A stretch of 63,905 nucleotides of DNA, the filler included, from Lophium mytilinum (taxonomy: Eukaryota), in assembly GCA_010093605.1 (NCBI GenBank). It is 18 parts of 5 records of this genome, joined end to end, with 100 filler letters (N's around TTAATTAATTAA, not from the genome) between each part and the next. Parts side by side here need not be neighbours in the genome. Positions count along the whole stretch, not along the records: positions 9,975 to 22,134 come from MU004182.1; positions 22,235 to 26,198 come from MU004182.1; 16 more parts are not named here. The stretch is one strand, 5' to 3'. The notes beneath the pieces were generated by a model that saw only the letters and a list, made by a program, of their open reading frames with translations, did not search any database and had not been told where the DNA came from. Made by a program: the position numbers and the translations under genes. Shown here in pieces: positions 12,880 to 25,200 of the stretch (position 1 is its first letter; every line of letters starts with the position of its first letter).

Positions 12880-14750
12880 ATAGACTTCTATACCCTATAT
12901 CTAGTATAAGTAGCTCTAATACTCTCTTACTATAGTATATCTATTCTAACCTACCCTAGAATATTATCTATCTTAGGTACTAGCTTTACGCCTTTAAGCG
13001 TGCTAACCCTAGCTAACTCTAGAGCTAATTACTTAATGCAGCTCTTAGAAGCAGTTTTCTTATATAATTTCTAGTAGGGGAGTAGCTACTTAGCTCTTAT
13101 TAAATGTATCCTTTAGAGTAGCTAACCTTATCTTAAATACTTTAAACTAATATTAGAAACTTTATATAATAGCTTAAGTAATATTAGCTTACTATAGTTA
13201 TAGACTCTTTTTATTCTATAGGCTTAAACCTTACTAAGCACGTCCCCTATAATAAGAATTAGAACCCCCTACTAGATATAGCTACTAACTTTATGCCCTA
13301 GTAGTAAGCTTAAATTACTTAAATTATCTAGTAGAATATTACTTAAGCTCTTATAGTATTCTAATTTCTATAGCCTTCTCTAGGGCTACCGGGACTTTCT
13401 AGGCCTCTAGAAGCGGCAGGTGCAGCGGGTATAGATAGAACTAGCGCCGGTAATAGTAATAGAGGCTTCCGCGTATAAGAGATTAGTTTCTTCTAGCCTA
13501 ATAGTAGCTCTATAGAGAATATAACCTATATTAGTAGTAATATATATATCTATAATATATATATCTTTATTAAATACCTTAAAAATATTACTAGGCTTCT
13601 AGGTTACTTTAAAAACCTTATAAAGAATAAGCTACTATAATACTTATATAGTAGTATATTAACTTAGTTTACCTCCGCCCTTATAGACCTTAAGAAGGCC
13701 GGCCTCTATTAATTAACTCTTAAGGATAGCTAGTATAAGACGCTTATCTACTAATTTAAGAAACCGCTTATAAAGTTATTAAGTAAGCTTATATTAGTAT
13801 TCTATATACTTAAGAACGCTAGAGATAGATATAGTCTATCTACCTATATCTATAATATACTGCGCAGTATAAAAGCTATAAATATTAACCGCGTAGATAG
13901 TAGTAATAGCCTCGCCTTTATATAGAAAGAAATTAACCCCCTTCTCTAGAATAGCTTATTAGCCCTCTTTAAAAATACCGCCGTCTATAAATTTATATAG
14001 CTTTTAAAAGCTAAGTATAATAACTAGAGTAACCTAGTAGACTTCTATATATACCCCCGTCTATTCTAGGCTATAGTTCTTTTAGAAAGAGGTTAGTATA
14101 GTTTCTTTAATACCTAATAGAGTTTCTAGCCGTCTACTTCTAACTAACTAGGCGGGAACTTAAATCTATAGTACGGCGGGTTTATAAACTAGTAGTATAG
14201 AGGCCTAATAAACTAGTCTAGTAGCTACTATAACTATAACGCTTACTAATAATAGCCTTAGTCTTAGCTAAATATATCTTTAATAACGCTAAACTTATTA
14301 CTAGCCCTATGCTAACTACTAATACTTATAAGTAGTAATAAATAGCGCTCCGGTTATAATAATTAAGGCGGCTTAAGAACCTATAAGTACGCTAGTAATA
14401 ACTACTATAGTAAGCCGTCTAGAACCTCTATAAATAACGCCAACGCTAAAGCTAATAATAGTAATAGTAAAGACGCTAATAATTAATACTAGAATAATAT
14501 ACAAGCTAGAGTTAAGAAATAGCTTACGCAGCTTAGCTATACTAATTTTAACGCCCCCGAATAAGATAATAGTAATTAGTTAGGCCCTAAAGAGAAAGAT
14601 AGCAACCTTATAGACGCCGGATTTATAGATAGAGTAGTTAATATTATTAACGCTTTAATATCCCCGGTAGTACTATAGCCTAAGCGCGTATATAGAATAT
14701 ATAAGTCTAGCTTTCTATCTAATAACGCGCTCTATTACTACCTATATAGT
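12880..14750 (+). pseudogene. Gypsy gag relic
   Basis: De-RIPed GPPGPPGPP...FRAQEIGFFWP at ~13383-13500, located between the 5' LTR and the protease. Start and end are approximate. Confidence 0.6.
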
Positions 14751-14799
14751 AAGTACTAGCTAATATAGTAATAGCTAAAGCCTATATATACTCTCTACG

Positions 14800-17700
14800 C
14801 CTAAAATATAATAACTATAAAGCCTAAAACTAGGCTTATAGCTCTCTATAAAATTATAAGTAACTACTATATTACCTCTATAGTTAGTAATCTAAAGATT
14901 AGCTCTAGTATTACTTTTAAGGGTTACTACTATATAACTATAAAAGCCACGCTTATAAAAAAGGGCGTTCTTAATAATATTACTCTAGATAGCGGTAATA
15001 CTATAATGCTAATAGAAAAGAACTTTCTTATAAGTTAAGAAAACCTATATAAGTTCTATAAGATATAATAGCCTATTATAGTTTATAGGGTGGATAATAA
15101 GCTAACGCCCTTATCTAATTTTATAGTAGTTACGCTATATATTTCTAGATACCTAGAAGTTACTATTATTTACTTTAAAGCCTATATTATTAACTATCTA
15201 TATATAAATCTACTTATTAGTATAAACGTCTTATATTCTAAAGCTATAGTATTAGATCTCTAAGAACGCTATCTATAAATTAGTAGCTACTAGAATCTAG
15301 CCGTACCTATTACTATATAGGTATGTAGTAACGCTACTATTAAGGTCTACTATATTATTAAAGCTTATATAAATATAACCTTAGCTATCTACTCTATAAT
15401 AGCGGTACCTATTACGCTTTAGAAGTATAAATTACTATCTAACTATAATCTAGTCTTTATACTAGGCTTTACTATATCTAAGCTAGGCATTAAAAAAGGC
15501 CTATATACCTATCTTCTTAATACTAATACTAATTTTATCTATATTAGAAATAACTTAAACGCCCTATATATTATACTATATAACGCCCGCTTAGATATAC
15601 TTAATAATTTTATTAAAGAAGAAGCCTACTTAATCTACGCTAATAAATACCCCCTTACTATAGAATAAGCCCCCCTTTAGTAGCTCTAGACTAGTAAGTT
15701 AGCCTTTCTACTACTTAGGGCCTATAATAAAAACGCTAGCTAGATTACTAATATAGAACCTCTAACGTCTATAACGCCTACGCCTATATTACCTACACCC
15801 GCGTTACCTACGTCCGCGTTATCTACGCCTGTGCCGCCGGCTACTTATATTAATCTAAAGCCTAATATAGAGTTTAAGAGTTCTTTTAATATAACTATCT
15901 ATAGAGAATTAGTAGCTACTATATCTTAAATTAGTAATATTATCTATAAATTTAAGGTTATATTTATAGATAATAGAAAGGTTACTAGCGTACTAGAGAA
16001 TTAATAGCTTTAAATCCCCTTAGTTAATAACCTATCTTTAGCTAAGCTAGCGCACCGCGTCTACCCCCTTAGCCTTTAAGAACGCGCTCTTATTAATACT
16101 AAGTTTAATAAGCTATATAAGTAAGGCTATATAGATTAGTTAGATTCTATATAGTTTAGCTTTTTAGTTTTTATAGTCTAGAGAACTATAACGGTTAATA
16201 GGCTCCCTATAAGAAAGAAATATATTATAGTAGATATCTATAGGCTTAATAAGGTAATAGTAAAGAATAGCTACCTACTTCTATAGTAGAAAAAGCTTAC
16301 TAGCTCTATAGCTAGCTACCTATATATTTCTATAGTTAACGCTACCTCTTTCTTTTATTAATAGCCTATTACCTATAATAATTAGGAGAAATTTATAGTA
16401 GTATTATACTATAGCTAAGAATACTTTAATATTACTATTATAGGCTACTATAGATTGCCGCCCTATATATAATAGTAAATAGATCGCCTAATATAATAAT
16501 ATAGCCTAAAAGTATATTACTAGGCGTATATTAATAATATTATTATCTATAGCTATACTCTTAAGAACTATCTATAGCACCTTTATACTATCTTTATAGC
16601 TTTAAAGAATACTAATATTATACTTAAAGGCTTTAAATTCTACCTTAGATACCTATTACTTATGCTATTAGGGTAGAAGGTAGACGCCCTAGAGCTTATA
16701 ATAGCGGTAGAAAAGCTTATAGTAATCTATAATCTTACCTTTCTAGTAACTCTTAAAGAATTAGAATATTATCTAGGCCTAACTAGCTAGCTATAGTAGT
16801 ATATGCCTTACTACGCCTAGCTCTTAGAGGCACTTTAGTATAAGAAAACCCGGTTACTTAAGAACGCACCTATTACTAGGTATACTAGGCTGCGCTATAC
16901 TTAGGCCTCCCGCGTTTATAATAATACTAACGTCCGCAAATTCTATAAGGCTATCTAGGCCGCCTTTAATAAAGAGAAGATCTTAGTCTATTTTAATATT
17001 ACGCGTAGGCTTTACCTAGATATTAATGCCTCTAAAGCCTATAGCTTTAGTATTATACTCTACTATATTATAGGCGACCTACTACTAGACTAGCTTAATA
17101 ATATTAAGCGCGGTAAGGTCTAGCCTATCTTATTTCTTAGTAAGCTATTATTAGCTATAGAGAGGAATTACTAGCTAACTAAGTTAGAGGTTATATATTT
17201 TATATAGGCTGTGCAACGCGTATATTATATAATTTTATTATCTAAGTAGCCTACTATTATAATTACTAACTACGCTACTATAATAGAAATTATAAAGGCG
17301 TTATCTCTTATAAGCTTAGTAACTAATAAACTTAATATACGCCTAATCTAGGCTTTATAGTACCTCTTTTAATATTAGTTAGAGGTCTATTACTGCCCTA
17401 GAAAGTAATACCTCGTCCTAAACGCCCTATTACGGCTGCTATCCCTAATAAACTAGCTCCGTAACATTACGTCTAATATATTAGAGGAGCTATTATTTAA
17501 TATAACTATAATAAAGCTAAGTAATAATTTTTATAACGCCCTTATTAGGGCATATAAATTTAATAAGTACTAGGCAGGTATCTATACTATACTTATAGAT
17601 TCTAAAGGTAGTAACCTACTTTTAGAAGTCCCCTTTCTTATATATTATAGGCTTCTCTATTATTAGAATACTCTAGATAGACGTCTATAACTCTATATCT

Positions 17701-19295
17701 CTAAAAGCCTTAAAGGTAATATTTTTAGAGAATATTATAACGCTATACACGCCGGCTTCTACTATATATATAAGCGCGTCTAAAGTATCTACTATATTTA
17801 ATATCTAACCTGCAGGTTAATAATATATTTATATTACTACTCTATCTACTAGGTAAATAATACTAAGCGCTATAAGCTCTATAGCTTATTAGTATCTATC
17901 TAGACGCTACTAATCCCGTTCTATATAGTTACCTTAGATTTTATTATTAGCCTTCTAGACTATAATAGCTTTAACGCTATAGTTACTATTACTAATAAGT
18001 TTAGTAAGCGGGCTACTATAGGGCCCGGTAAAGATACCTATAATACTAAGAACTAGGTAAATATTATACTTAACCTACTTACTAATTAGAGTATACTAGC
18101 GGCGATAATAATAAATAGGGACTAGAAGTTTATAAGCGCGTTTTAGAAAGCTATCTTTAAATACTTAAATATAAGAATACTAATATCTACTATCTACTAC
18201 CTAAAGATAGACGGGTAGTCTAAGTATATAAACTAGATATTTAAGATAGCTCTATAATACTACCTATCTTAGGGTAATAAGAACTAGCCGGCTTTCTTAC
18301 CTACTCTATATAGATTACTTAATAACTCTATTAATTAATCTATAGGGAAATTACTAAATAAAGTTCTCTATAGCTTTTAGCTTAATAAGGGCCTTCTAAA
18401 TATAGCTTATAGACTTATTAAAAACCCTATTAATGCCCGCGAAAGCCTTATTAACGCCCGTAATAAGCTCTCTAAGATAAATACGCTATTTAAGACGGGC
18501 ACGCCGCTAAAGATAAACGCGCTATTTAAAATAAGTATATTCTTAATTATTTAGGCCCCTACTACTAATCTTAGGCTTATAATATTACCTACTCGGGCTT
18601 CTAATACTAACCTTAGGCTTAAAATATTACCTACTTGGGCTTCTAATATAGATCTATATAATGTAGCTAACCTATAAGTATTAAAATTTCTTTAAGACTA
18701 TAATAACGCGCGCTATAAGGCTACTAATACTATAGCCTTTACTACTACTAGAATAAAGCTTTAGTTTAATTAATCCCGGGCCCTATTATAGCTCTAGTCT
18801 AGTAACTTAGTCTATATACGCCTCTATAAGGGCTTTAAGATTCCGGGCCTATATAGAAAGTTTAGCTAATAGCGCGTAGGCCCTAGGCTTATTAAAAGAG
18901 TAGTTAGTTAGAACGTGTATAAAGTTAACCTGCCCTTAACTTAAAAGATCTACTCTATTATTTCTATTAAATAGTTAGAACCCGCGCCTCTATCTAATTA
19001 GGATCCTTTTAAATATAATATAGATATCTTAGAGCCTATAGCTATAGAGAATAAGTAGAATAATAACGCGTCCGCCTTCTATAAAGTACGCTAGCTCTTA
19101 GCCTAACGTTTCTATTATATTAGGCGTGTAAAAAAGCCTATCTAAGAGTACCTAGTTAAGTAGAAGAGCTATAGGCCCGAGCATAACTAATAGGTTTATA
19201 GGGATAATATTAATAAAGAACTTACTACTATATTTAACGCCACACTTCTAAAGTTAGCTGCTCTAGTAGCTAATTACTCCGCTAGACCGCCTTAA
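14800..19295 (+). pseudogene. Gypsy pol relic (PR-RT-RNaseH-INT-chromodomain)
   Basis: LDSG at ~14985. VYPL...FDKLH..G...FPVFVVW...VVVDIRGLN at 16060-16250. AYIDD at ~16524. LYLDIDASK at ~17010. HAGFHR and the integrase core at 17730-18350. EYLVKWKGYGPEH at ~19145-19190. Confidence 0.93.
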
Positions 19296-19869
19296 ACTAG
19301 TTGCGGAAGCTAAATTACTTCTCTTCTTTACCGAGTTTTAAAACCCTTTATTTTAGCTAGTTTCTAGCTTAGAGCTTACTAATTAGTATGCCTATATTAA
19401 TTATATAGCTTACGCCTATATTATTAACGCCCGCATTACTAATACCTATATTAATTAATACTTATATTACTAAGACCTATACTTATATTACTAATATCTA
19501 TAATACTTATAGCGCCCCTTAATTCTTTATAGGCCCTATATTACTTATACAGCTATTATTAATTAGATAACTACTCTTCTATCTTCTACGCTAGCTATTA
19601 CTTCTATATTTTTATTACTTACACGCCCGCTACTACTATTTAAGGACTTTAATAAACCTAATAATAGTAAGTTAATTACTATAGCTTAATTACTTATCTA
19701 TAAGCTAATTACCGCGGCTTAATTATAGCTATCTATAATGTCTATATAACCCTTACTACCTTTACCGGCCGCTATTATAGCCCCCTATCTTTTCTTCTAA
19801 CGCTTAGATATTAGGCATGTTTATAGATATAGTTATTAAGAATAATAATATCTTTTCTATTAGTAGTAA

Positions 19870-20039
19870 TTATTATAGTTATAGCTATTATAGCTATAGA
19901 GGACTGTATATAATATATAGTATATGCATATTACCTATATAAGTATAGCCTTAGTTATTACCGTTCTTAAGACGGCTCCGTAGCTCTAGCCTAATAGTAT
20001 ACCTTTTACCTCTACTTTTATTATACTTAAACCGTGCTA
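19870..20039 (+). repeat. 3' LTR
   Basis: Direct repeat of 11867-12036. Confidence 0.92.
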
Positions 20040-20043
20040 ATTA

Positions 20044-20830
20044 AGGTCTCTTAGTCTACTATCTTCTAGATAATAAAGTAATATAGTTAGAGTAGAAAGG
20101 TAGTAAAGTATAAGTTACTAAGGGTAAGTAAAGAGCTATAGCTTAGTTACCTAGTAGAGCTCTCTAAGTATAAGGCTAATAATCTTATTTTTCTAGATAA
20201 ATCTATCTTTAATAAAAAGACTAGTTAGTACTACTATATATATATACCTATTAGTAATTCTATATACTACTAGAGTAATATAATAAGAAGTAAAATATAA
20301 AGTATATATATAGTAATAAGCTAGAAGAGCTAGCTACTATATATAGATATATAAAAAGAATACTTTAATAGTAATAAGTTCTATAGCTAGGTTATTAACT
20401 ACCTACTACTAGTACTATAGTAGGTATTTAATAGTAGATCTAAGGTTATTATAATAGATAATCTAGGTATATATACTAATAATTATATTATAAAGGCTAT
20501 AGAGGCCTAGAGCTACCTAGTATACTACCTTTTACTATACTTTTTTAACTTTAATTCTATTAAGTTAATCTTTATAATACTTAAGGCCTAGATTTACTAT
20601 AACTACTACTATAAGCACTATTACTATCTAAACTTTAGTACTTTCTTATAGGTAGTAATTAAGTAGAGTTACTATAATAGGTTTACTATCTACTAGTTCT
20701 AGTATATAGCTAGTAGAATATATATAGTAAGAGAGTATATTATATAGATATATATAGAGCTAGATATATATAAGAGAAAAGATACTAATATCTAGATTAA
20801 GAAGAAGTAGGCTAAAAAGTAGGCTAAGAA
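20044..20830 (+). pseudogene. Tc1/mariner (IS630-like) transposase, DD34E catalytic part
   Basis: De-RIPed VSQSTI..GWSRK, LIFLDES (D codon at 20196), IMDN (D at 20457) and YLPPYSPDFNPIE (E codon at 20562). The D-to-E offset of 105 nt gives DD34E. Confidence 0.88.
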
Positions 20831-20874
20831 GTATATAGTTATATAGCCTTTCTATTTAATATATACTTTATATA

Positions 20875-20932
20875 TAGTATTACTATTTTAGTATTACTAT
20901 TTTAGTATTACTATTTTAGTATTACTATTTTT
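20875..20932. repeat. 14-bp tandem repeat x4
   Basis: Unit TAGTATTACTATTT is repeated downstream of the transposase. Confidence 0.85.
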
Positions 20933-22234
20933 ATATACTATCTAAGCTAAGGCTTAAGTATTAGTACTAGTAGATAATCTATAGCTTATATATTAGTATA
21001 GAGTAAAGTTATATAGTAAAGCTTAATAGCTATTATTTATTTTATTATATATTTTTACCTCCCTTTTAACTCTTTTCTTTCTTTAGACTCTATATACTAT
21101 TAATTACTACCTCTATAATACTATAGCTAATAATACTAGTAATTAGAGCTTTATTAATAGCCTAATTAATAATATTATTATAGAGCCTTCCCCCTTTCTA
21201 CTTCTTACCGCGTACCTCTTTAGGCCCCTTAGAGTTTACCTAGATTCTCTAGTAATATAGGTAGTAGCGGCTAGGCCGCTTTTTACTAAGAAGAAAATAA
21301 TAGGCATTTAAGCTAAAAATAAGGTACTAGAAGCTTTCTCTAGTAAAAGCCTAGAGAATTCTAGCTCTTAAAGGCTTTATATAGTGCGTAGTAAACCTAT
21401 ATACTTTTTTTCTACTTTTACTATTAGTAGAGATATCTATAATATATCTAACTAGAAGAAGAATAAAAATAAGAATAAAAATAAAGAAGAGAGAACTAAT
21501 TCCCCTCTACTATATATAATTTCTAGTATAGTAGCTTAAGAATATAGCTAACCTATTTATATAGAAAGCGCTATACTTACTATCTACTTTCTCTTCTTAC
21601 TATTACTATTATTCTAGGCCTACTAACTCTCTTTTAGTATACTAATAACCTTACTACTACTTTTAGCTTCTTTATTATTACTATAGCTCTTTAAGAGTAC
21701 TTCTACTGCGCTAAGCTTATCTATATAGAGCTTATTAATAGCTAATATAGCTAGAATTAGGTAGGCCTAGTCTATAGTATATATTTAGAGTGCGCCTAAA
21801 ATATATCTATAGGGGGCTATTATTAGTATAATATTAATTTCTATACTAATAATAATCTAGGTAGTAAATATAGTATATATAGGGTTAAAAGTAAGTACTA
21901 TATATAGATTAATACTATAGAAGATATAGTAGTATTTAAGTAGGCTCTAAAGCCTAGAGCTAGTTATACTAGAAGAAAAAAGTAGAGAATTAAGCCTATT
22001 TAACTATATACTTAGAAACTATAACTATAACTTTAAAAGTTTATTACTACTAATTAATATTTCTATCTATCTAGTATATAGATATAAATATATGTATCTA
22101 GACGCGTAATTTAGCTATCTATTTATATAATTTANNNNNNNNNNNNNNNNNNNNNNNNNNNNNNNNNNNNNNNNNNNNTTAATTAATTAANNNNNNNNNN
22201 NNNNNNNNNNNNNNNNNNNNNNNNNNNNNNNNNN

Positions 22235-25200
22235 TATTTATATTTATAGAGGGTCTAGTCTTACTAAGACTATATATATTAAATTTAAGCGTAGCTATAA
22301 TATTAATACTACTAATTACTATATCCCCCGCAACTTAAGTATTACTAGAAATAGTCTAGCCGCTCTTTATAGTAACTATAAGTATATAGAGTTATTTTTA
22401 GATAGTTAAATACTAAGTAGTTCTAGGTCTAAATGCCCTAAGCTGCTATATAACCTTATTATAGATAATACTAGGCTAAATAGAATTATATATTAACTTA
22501 GTATATAGCTAGATAATATTAAGTATCTATTAGAGTAGTTATGCTTTCTTCTCTATTTATAGCTTTTATACCTTCTTCTCTACTAGTAGTTTCTACTTTC
22601 TTTATTCCTCTTACTCTACTATTTCTTCTAGCTATTTCTACCTCTTTACTTTCTCTTTAGTTATAGTCTTAGCTAGCTCTCTCTTCTTTTATTCTATCTA
22701 CTTTTTAGCCTTCTCCGCTATTACTATATCTACTAGCTCTCTCTTTTTTATCTCTTTCTTCTTTATCTCTTTCTTCTTTCTTTCTTTCTCTACTTTTACT
22801 ATTTCTGCTAGCGCTTTCTCTACTAGCGCTTTCTCCGCCAGCTCTTTCTCTATTAACTCTTTCTCCTTCTTCTCTTTCTCTTTCTTTTTTTTCTCTACTT
22901 TTGCTGTTTCTACTAGCTCTTTTTTCTTTTTTTCTTTCTCTTCTTTTACTATATCTACTAGCTATTTCTACTTCTTCCCTTTATTCTACTCTATAGTAGA
23001 ATTAACTCTATCTATATTAGCTATATATATATCTAGACTTATAGTTAAGTTAATAATTATTTTATCTAGAGTATTAGCGGCGGTAGGTTTAGGTAGACCC
23101 TTAGCTGCGGTAGCCTTAGGCTTACTACAGCGGGGGCATTTTTTAGCCGGGCGGATACTAGGGGGCGGGGACTTAAGAAAGTATAGACCTAGCTATGCAT
23201 TAGTTAGTAGTAATATTTAATAATTAATAATAATTAATATATATTTAGTCTTAAGTTTAAATATTACCTTTTTAATATTAAGGCCCTTTACTATAAAACT
23301 AAGTACTATCTCTTTAGGTATACTCTTTATTTCCTTTAATAGCGTAGTTAGATAGAAGTTATTTTCTATTAACTTCTAGATTCTATTAACTATAATAATA
23401 TGCTCTAGAGGGTTAAAGTCTATAAAAGTTCTATTAATAGCTTCTAGAAACTTTATAAAGCTATAGTCTTCTAGCTCTAGGCCTTTACTACTAGACCTTA
23501 TAAGATAGAGAGTAAAAAGGCGTCTAGTACTTTTCTACTGCGGTAGCTAGTATATTATAGCAAGAACTGTATATAATAGCCGGGGCTTAAATAGGGTATT
23601 TTAGGTAGTAATATCTAGGGATTTTATTAGAGAGCTAAGGCCTACTAATATAACTAACTTTATAGATAAGGCTAACTTAAACTACTTCTACTTCTTATTA
23701 CTTTTAATAATATTACCCTATATCTTATATTTCTTATAGACTTTATACTAGATTAATATCTAATATACTTACTTCTACTTAGCTAATATAGAAGACTTCT
23801 TAAATATATAACTTTATATATCTATAAAAAGCGTATATATTTTAAACTAAGTATTTAAGTAGATATTATTCTTACTATAGTTATTTTAGCCTAGTTATAA
23901 GAAATATTTTACCTATAGGTACGCTTTAGAGTTCTCTATTAGTATAAATAAGTTAGCTTCTATTTAGCGCTATACCTTAAAAGCTAGACCTAAGCTAGCT
24001 ATAATATTTATTTAACTTAAGTAGCCTTTAGAGTTCTTAGTAAAATTAAATGCCGCCTTACTCTATATAGATATATTATATAGTAGGTCTACTAGAAGTA
24101 TTATAGCCTTTTCCTAAGTAGGTCTAGAGTATTAGCGGCTACTATAGAAAGGCCAGCGGCTATAGTAGTTATCTAGCTTATCTAGCTCTAAATTACTATT
24201 ATAGTCTACTTAACTAGAGTCTATACTTAATAACTATTTATCCAGGTTAAACTTCTTATTATTTTAATTATTAGGGAGGCGTTATTAGTAACTAGTACGT
24301 TAATTTAATCCTTTAGCTATATTAGGTAAATAAGATAAGAAGTTAGGGTATAAGAAAGGTAGATAGAAGAGAGTAGGGTTAGTAGATAAAATAGCGTTAT
24401 GCAGTAATACGGGCGAGGGCAGGTAGAAGGCTAATAATATTAGATAAATAGCAATAGTAAGTAATAAGTAAGGTAGTTACTTACCTATAAAGTTATAATA
24501 GTAGATGCTACTTATAGTATAATTAACCTTAGAATTACGCGCGTTAAAAAATAAGGTAACTATAGTAGAAGATATATAAATCTATACGCGCTAGTAATAG
24601 AAATAGCTACTCTTAGTTATACTTTTAAATAGGTATAATATCTATTAAAGAAATACTTATAGAGCGGTACTAGAAATATAGTAAATATAGATAAGCCTAA
24701 GGCGTAGAGAAGAAAGTTAGCGTATAAGGGAGGAAGGAGAAGAAGAAGAGAGAGAGGAAAGAGAGAGATAGAGGAGGAGGAGAATAAGAAAGAAAAGATA
24801 GGTAAGAATAGTAGATAAGAATTAGAATTAAAAGGCTAGATAGAAGGTAAAGTTTAAAGTAGCGCATAATTAAGTATATAATTAGTAAACAGGCTATATT
24901 ATAATATAATAGAAGTAAAGAGTTATATAGCTTAAAAAACTCTACTACCTAATAATTAGTAATAATTAGCCTCTACCTTAATATTTATCTATACCTATTA
25001 GCTTTTAGTAACACTTAATAGATTAGTAATAACTTCTACCTAATATTACCTTCTACTTGCCTAGGTTAGTTAATATAGGGAGGAAGGCTAATTTCTATAT
25101 ATAGGTGCTTCCCCCTATTATTTAAGTTAGTATTATAAGCTCTACTAGATTAGCAGCTAATAGGTTAAGATCCTTAGAATAGAAAGAGAAGTTAGCTATA

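Larger units (their letters stand above)
11867..20039 (+). mobile_element. Full-length Ty3/Gypsy chromodomain LTR retrotransposon (RIP-inactivated)
   Basis: Two ~170-bp direct LTRs, with ATTA on both flanks (11863-11866 and 20040-20043). Internal domain order is gag-PR-RT-RH-INT-chromodomain. Confidence 0.95.
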
